Assembly (NCBI RefSeq): GCF_964188315.1
Contig: NC_135664.1
Coordinates: forward strand, 2,790,001 to 2,854,000
Length of the DNA: 64,000 nucleotides
DNA from: Podarcis muralis
Taxonomy: Eukaryota
Direction of reading: 5' to 3'
Below the pieces are notes generated by a model. It made no database searches, had not been told where the DNA came from, and was given only the letters and a program-made list of their open reading frames with translations. The position numbers were made by a program, and so were the translations under genes. Below are positions 61,498-64,000 of the stretch, piece after piece. Position 1 is the first letter of the stretch, and every line of letters starts with the position of its first letter.

Positions 61498-63289
61498 GAG
61501 GGTGAACTGTTTAGATTAAGATGCTACTGTTCTCCCCAGCACTGATTCCAAACAATCAGGGACTGTAGTGGCATCATGATGCTGCAGACAAAATCAGGTT
61601 TAGAATCGCAGGCTTGGAAGCTACACCAAGGGCCACTGAGTCCGCCCCCTGCACTCCCTCGCAGGAGAAGAGTGGCTGCAACTTTGTTGCCATTCTGCCG
61701 TGTTTTTTTAAGATGCACCTACTTATGCAGGTATTCCTTTGATCTCTCAACCTGAGTCTCTTGCTTTAAGGGGTGTGTCGCTTTAATTACATTGTTTTAA
61801 TTATATTATTGATATTTTAACAGTCCTGTTTCATTGTGTATTTTAATGATGGGTGAGTGATTGCACTCACTCTCAACAGGTGTGGCCCCCCTGTGGGGCT
61901 TAGGATCCCAGTTATGTCACCCCTTGCCTGCAGAGCTGGCAGCCTCTCACCCTTTTTCGAACACCCTCCCTTGTGCAATTTTCCCTCAGCCTCCTCTCCT
62001 CTCCCCTCTCCTTGGGAGTCCTCCAGGCAGCCACTGCCGCTGCCCCTGGTCTCTAAGCTGTCCCCCCCACCCCCCAAAGAAATGCCTCCTCACACTGCCC
62101 CACAGGGAACTGGGACTTGTCTGTCCATTCCCAACAGCAAGGACTGGCGGACTGGGCTCCCTCGCCCACTTGTTTGCCTACTCCGTGGCCGCTTCAGCTC
62201 CTGGCAACCAGCACCCCCTGGCCAGCCCCAGAGACACAATTCACCTGGGTAACTTGTAGCCAGGGCTGCTGCAACAAACAGCTGTGCAAGCCTTTGGGGG
62301 GCAGAGATGCGAGAGGGCATCAGAGGAGGGAGGAGGGGAAAGAGGGACAAAGGCCAGTCTTGCCCACGGCACCCCGACCATCATTCAAGGTACCCCAGGG
62401 TGCCATGGCACACTGGTTGAAAACCACTGCATAGGTGATTAAAAATATTCACGTTTTCTGTGAGCTAAGTTCCCGTGCTCCAGTGTATTGTTCCAAAATT
62501 GCATAAGAGGTTGGGTGACTTGACGTTTGACAGATTTGATTCCAGCTTGCCTGCTGCCCCCGTTGTCCTTTTCCTTCTCCTGTTCATTGAGAGAAGTGAG
62601 ATAACATAGCAGGAGATCTTACAGAACCACTTGACACTCCAGCATAAATTATCTGCCTTCTGGCTCCTATTTGGCACCAGCATCTCCCACTCTTACAAAT
62701 GCCAGGAGCAAAGGGCCCTAAAGGAGGGGGGCCATGCAGGCATTTCCCCTCCCCCCCCCGGGTCTGCTGGTCTCTTTCTCCCTCTCACTGTCTGTTGTAT
62801 GCAGAAATCTGGAAACACGGGTCTTCATAGTAGTGAGGTTCATAAGGCTAATCAGAGCAGCTCACCAGACACAAGCAGTCATGCAGAGTCCATACATTAT
62901 TTTAATTAGCCAACTTAATCACTCTTAATGGCACTTGATAGCACTTAGTTTCTTAATGACATGACACCCGATAGCTTTCTGTTAATACGTAAAGTCCCTT
63001 AATAATGTTTACAACAAAACTACATCTGTGTGTTTTACTTTATTCATTCAAGTAAACTGGATGCAAATTGTGTGTAGCCACAGAAAAGGTTCCAATCCCA
63101 TTCAAATGTGCTTCCACTCACAGAGAAGGACCTCTTCTGCTGATCTTAGGAAGTGGGCAGCATGACTGAGAGAATGAGGTTGCCAAGGGGGCCTGGGCTG
63201 GTTTCTAAAAGTGACTCTCCACTGAACTCTTTGGGTTGGGATTTCTAGCGGGTGGGTGCTTAGATCAAGACTATTCTAGCAATAGCCAC

Positions 63290-63460
63290 ATATCCTGGTT
63301 CCATCCAGATTCAACTACTATCTGGCGCTGCCTTTGAGGATTGTTCAGAAAGTTCAGCTGGTCCAAAATGCAGCTGCCAGGGGCCTGATGGGGGCAAAGT
63401 GGTCACATCATCCGTATACCGGCTCCAATGGTTGCCAGTCTGTTTCTGGACCCGGTGTTA
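63290..63460 (+). mobile_element. Old L2 RT C-terminal remnant
   Basis: LVPSRFNYYLALPLRIVQKVQLVQNAAARGL resembles LVISRLDYCNALYVGLPLKVTRKLQLIENAAARL. Confidence 0.65.
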
Positions 63461-64000
63461 TTGGCATCTTCGTGCCTTGATGGGCAATGGAGGATTGCTC
63501 CTTTGGGGGTCAAGTCAAACCGCTGCAGAGACTGATTTGGGAGAGGCATGCTTTATATGCTGATTTCAACCTGTAAAGTTTTTGGCCAAAGCTATTTGTG
63601 GGCCGCACATTGAGATCAATGAAGTGCTCCTCATGTGGCCATGAGGGAACAAGATTTTTCCGGGGAGCCCTCACAGCTTTCAAATTCTCTCTCTTCAGAT
63701 CTGCATCATATGAAAATGCTGCAGAGATTTCAGAAAGCTCTGGAAAAATGTCTTTTGATTAAAGCTTTCTAGGCACGAGATTGTCCTGTTGTCAAGATTA
63801 CACTGCTTTATTTTGTTTTGAGTAGCTTTTATTGATAGCGGGTGGAACTCAACTATGTTCTGCTCCCTCTCCCCTCTGCACCCCCTGAATCCACTCAGAG
63901 GGTTTAGGGAGGATGTCGAAGGAGGAGAGGAGGAAGTCCCATTGCACACGCAGACCTTCTTCCCTGTGCACAAACACCACTTGATGCTTCACTGAATTCC

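Overview
Eukaryotic genomic DNA, almost certainly from a squamate reptile and probably a lacertid lizard. That assignment is inferred from the co-occurrence of RTE-BovB LINEs, Sauria/Squam1-type SINEs, (TTA)n-tailed L2 LINEs and ...CTATGATTCTA-tailed CR1 LINEs. There are no operons, rRNA, CRISPR arrays or intact host ORFs, and most six-frame ORFs are TE-derived, microsatellite-derived or chance. Well-supported features: a full-length but disrupted BovB (10150-13263, 11-bp TSD) next to an L2 microsatellite tail; a 5'-truncated BovB (51520-52716) carrying a nested hAT MITE; a ~3.2-kb minus-strand L2 (41425-44614) with an intact 613-aa RT ORF, a deleted endonuclease and a ~120-bp tandem-repeat 5' end; two TG...CA solo LTRs with perfect 5-bp TSDs (6121-6897, 47477-48044); and several MITEs, SINEs, CR1 tails and microsatellites. 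The unique sequence contains a series of minus-strand splice-site pairs (candidate exons at 18885-19033, 20856-20868, 24422-24445, 27226-27296 and others), suggesting introns of a large gene that I could not identify. The most intriguing observation is that both solo LTRs are largely filled by a reading frame that opens at LTR nucleotide 2 and ends near the putative TATA box. Each encodes an acidic/Ser/Pro-rich then Arg-rich peptide, one with an HMGN-like RRSARL motif, which may be a U3-encoded accessory protein.
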